Part shown: one piece after another, positions 61,092 to 64,000 of the stretch
How positions within the stretch are numbered: position 1 is the first letter of the stretch
Layout: each line of letters begins with the position of its first letter
Assembly: GCF_000315625.1 (NCBI RefSeq)
Contig: NW_005434663.1
Coordinates: 401,882 to 465,881 of the forward strand
Length of the DNA: 64,000 nt
Origin: Guillardia theta CCMP2712
Taxonomy: Eukaryota > Protista > Cryptophyta
Direction of reading: 5' to 3'
Made by a program: the position numbers and the translations under genes
Notes under the pieces: model-generated
Seen by the model: the letters and a program-made list of their open reading frames with translations, nothing else
Databases searched by the model: none
Told to the model about the DNA's origin: nothing

Positions 61092-62649
61092 ATGTCGTCT
61101 CCTTGGATGAAGGGCCGAGACTTGACCATCAACAGGCCTGACTTCCTGTCTGTGCGATCAAGCTCGTCTTCGTCTGATTCAAAAGTTTACAACTCCCGCA
61201 AATACAACCCGATCCTGCAGGGCAGCTACATGCAGCTCCAAACTTCTCCGCAAACAGCACCGGAACAATCGCCCAACGCAAAGAATTCTTCATCCTACCC
61301 CAGCCCGGATGATCGGCAAGCTTCAAGATCTAGCTCATCAGCAGCGCTGAGCAGCGCCAAAGAGTCCTCCACCTCATCGCACGTCGTCGTTGGCTGGGGC
61401 TCTCGAGCTCAAGTGATGACTGAGCATCAGCAGCGATCTGAGCAGAGCAGAGGGAGTCACTACGACCAATTGCTGGTGGAGAGGAAGCAGATCGGTAACG
61501 AGGACTCGTCCTCCATCAGGATGCGCGGGGGGGTCTATGCACCGGACATGGGTATGAGGACAAACTATCCTGACGGCGGGCACTTCTCTCTGGGCAGGTC
61601 TCCTTTCTTCCCTTCCACTCCCGAGCATCCGATTCATCAGATCACTCCGAGGTCCAATGAGCAGAGCTCAGAGCACTCGGTGCCGCTAAGGCATGACGAG
61701 GATTCGAGGGAGATAAGGATGACGCCGGCAGGATCAAGATCCCGTGAGCATTCTTCGCACGACAGAAGCCAGAAGTTTGACTTCGACTTGCCCGATCTTC
61801 CTGCTGGTCTGAGCTCCAACTGCAAGACGCTGGCACTTGTTGCTCAACGATTCTTCTTCTCCACATCCAACCAGTTTGCGTCAAGGTCCCACCTTCCTTG
61901 CTCCAACGTCTATTTGTTCTCACACGTATGGTTGGCAGAATCTCCAAGAGCGATCTAAACCTTCACTTCAAGCTCGCGGGAGTACATCAGAAAGTTCCCT
62001 CCTACGACGAGACGTTTGAGGAGTTTTGGAAGCTCCTGGATGATGGCAGACAGGGATGGGTGGATTACGGCTTCATGCTGGAGTTCATGAAGGTGAGTTC
62101 GGAAATTCTGACATGTCAACTCTCTTTCACTGAGAATCCTTTGCTTGCAGCTGGAGTCTTTCAGGAAGAGACGTGAAAACGTGAATTATCCGTTCGACGT
62201 GAACGACAACACCAGCAGTTTCCGACAGATCCACTCTCCGCGATGGAGGAAGCGGCTGGAACGGTACAACAGGGACGAGCAGAGGATTCAGATCGAGGGG
62301 AGGGCGCAAACAAACAGCGGGGAGAGCATCTGGCGGCTGCACCACTCTCGAGTTCAGAAGCAGGATGACGTCATCAACTCTCTCCCATCCTTTGACAATA
62401 GGCAAGAATCTTCCGCTCCCTGCCGCGCTTCCAAACCTCTTCCCCTTCCTAGTTGCCTGCTTTTCCGTTCCTTTCTCCCCTGTTAACTTTGCGCAGGGTG
62501 AGCATCCCGAGCGTGAAAGCGCGCTTCGAGTGGAGGATGTGAGTTGAGATTGTCAACTTGTTGTTCATGATGTTTTGCTCAGGAGAAACGATATGATGGT
62601 GGAACGTGATGCGTTCTCGACAGCAAACCTCAAGTCAAGGAAACAGTGA
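61092..62649 (+). CDS. Hypothetical protein with disordered N-terminus and one EF-hand-like motif
   Basis: 288-aa S-rich exon followed by exon FEEFWKLLDDGRQGWVDYGFMLEFMK; short introns; 3' end approximate. Confidence 0.55.
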
Positions 62650-63037
62650 AAGCTGCCTTCGACTGTCTGCCTGTCGTCTCTGCGATTCCTATCTTTACAT
62701 CTCTGTCTTTTTTTCTCGATCTCTCTGCCTGCTGCCTGTCTCCCCAACATCTGCCGTGTTTTCGTTATTTGATGATTGTTTTACGCTCACGTGCTTAGCT
62801 GCATTTATCACGTCTTTACATTTATCACGTCTTCTGTCCGCTGGAGAATGTTGGCTGATCTTCAAATTTTGTTGTATATATGAATGTAATGTTTCTGATT
62901 CTTAGATGTATTTTCCTTTTGAATTCTCAATGAAATAAATAACATTGCGAGACAACGGAGGCACAATGGTGCCGTGGAGAGATCCAAACAACGCCTATGT
63001 AGCATTACTTTACATTCTTCTCCTGCTCTCTGGACTA

Positions 63038-63652
63038 TTATTCTGTGATTTTCTTTTTGCTGCTGAGGAGATGACGAAACCTGCAGGAATCTTCACACTT
63101 GTTCGCAACCATCCGCTTGTACCTCGCATAATCCCTCTTCATGTTGATGTACGCAGCAGAAGCTGCGGCTGCGCTCTGTCACAGTTCAGGCTATTAGATG
63201 ACAAATGAGTTTTCAGACTCAAGTCTTACCTCTACAGCTCTGACAAAACCTTTCTGTGATACTCTCAAGCTGCTTGGCACCAGGACCCCAAACCATTTGA
63301 TAGGATCCACAAAGACAGGGTCTTCGTCCTCCGTCTGCTCAGGAATGGATTCTATTGCCTCGACAAAGATTCTTTTCCCATCACAAAATTGATCATTATC
63401 ACTGTTTGCTAGTATGCCCTCTCCTTCATTCTCATCCTTGACGACGACTTTCCTAGAAGCTTTCATTCGGCTGGGGTACTGGAGTTGCGACACAGCACAT
63501 CCTTTGAACCCCATGCTCTTTCTCGCTCTTGCAAGTTCCAACATCCCAGCCTTACACGCAGCAACCACCTCTGCCATGCTCGTCTGATACTCATCCACAT
63601 CCTTGAGGTAAGCCATCAGCGCCTCGTCCACTGCTTCGCCAACCCCCGCCAT
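63038..63652 (-). CDS. CCDC115: V-ATPase assembly factor VMA22/CCDC115
   Basis: YL..VDEYQ...GMLELARARKSMG..VSQLQY and DPIKWFGVLVPSSLRVSQKGF..AVE family motifs; two 3' introns. Confidence 0.85.
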
Positions 63653-63784
63653 GGTGCGCTATCTATATTATATGGAGTCACCAGCTCGCTCCAGGATACA
63701 GATATCAAAATGAAGAAGGGCAGCAATAAATTGCTCCGGCCTTTTATGAGTCAAATATACAGTCGTACACTGCCAGGCTGATTG

Positions 63785-63960
63785 ACTCACGCGGCCCGCC
63801 GGTCCGGTCGGCGGCGGCGCGGCCGGGCGCCACGCCACGCGCGGGCCGGCAGCCGGCAACCGTTGAGCTCAGGCTGAGCTGACCGGCGGTGACTCAAGTC
63901 TGCCGAACTTCGGACGGACGGTCGAGCCTCCTTGACTCTGTGACCGGTCGATCGATCGGG
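63785..63960. promoter_or_regulatory. GC-rich CCGG island upstream of the VMA22-like gene
   Basis: Same composition as the other intergenic islands. Confidence 0.4.
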
Positions 63961-64000
63961 GTGACTCGCCTCTGATCCTGGCATGACGAACTCAGTGATG

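Noticed and set aside
1-64000. tRNA, rRNA, snRNA genes and CRISPR arrays
   Set aside because: No recognisable signatures seen; small ncRNAs cannot be excluded without a covariance-model search.

Overview
Eukaryotic nuclear DNA, gene-dense, with many short (~45-60 nt) GT-AG introns and two 100-N scaffold gaps. Intron size, bipartite plastid-targeting presequences and an RWP-RK factor with a VFPRRKAGQ motif suggest a cryptophyte alga such as Guillardia theta (inference). About 23 genes are present. Recognisable ones: a tandem PstS-like plus multi-TM protein, a PDZ protein, an anoctamin/TMEM16, a 1285-aa secreted LysM protein, an inositol-polyphosphate 5-phosphatase-like protein, a two-module class III cyclase, a P-element-like transposase, a GT14/Core-2-I-branching-like glycosyltransferase, U2B''/U1A, an RWP-RK transcription factor, a PX protein, PMS2, a plastid-type KsgA/RsmA, an esterase-like plus acylphosphatase-like fusion and VMA22/CCDC115. 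Most notable observations: (1) a candidate membrane phosphate sensor with two PstS modules; (2) a cyclase whose catalytic halves are in swapped C2-C1 order; (3) a likely plastid-targeted double pseudoenzyme; (4) a P-like transposase carrying a GATA-spaced C4 zinc finger instead of THAP; (5) a recurrent intergenic architecture of oriented TACCCC clusters, GC-rich CCGG islands and a shared ~30-bp motif; (6) four apparent -1 frameshifts in three genes. Exon boundaries were read by eye and are approximate.
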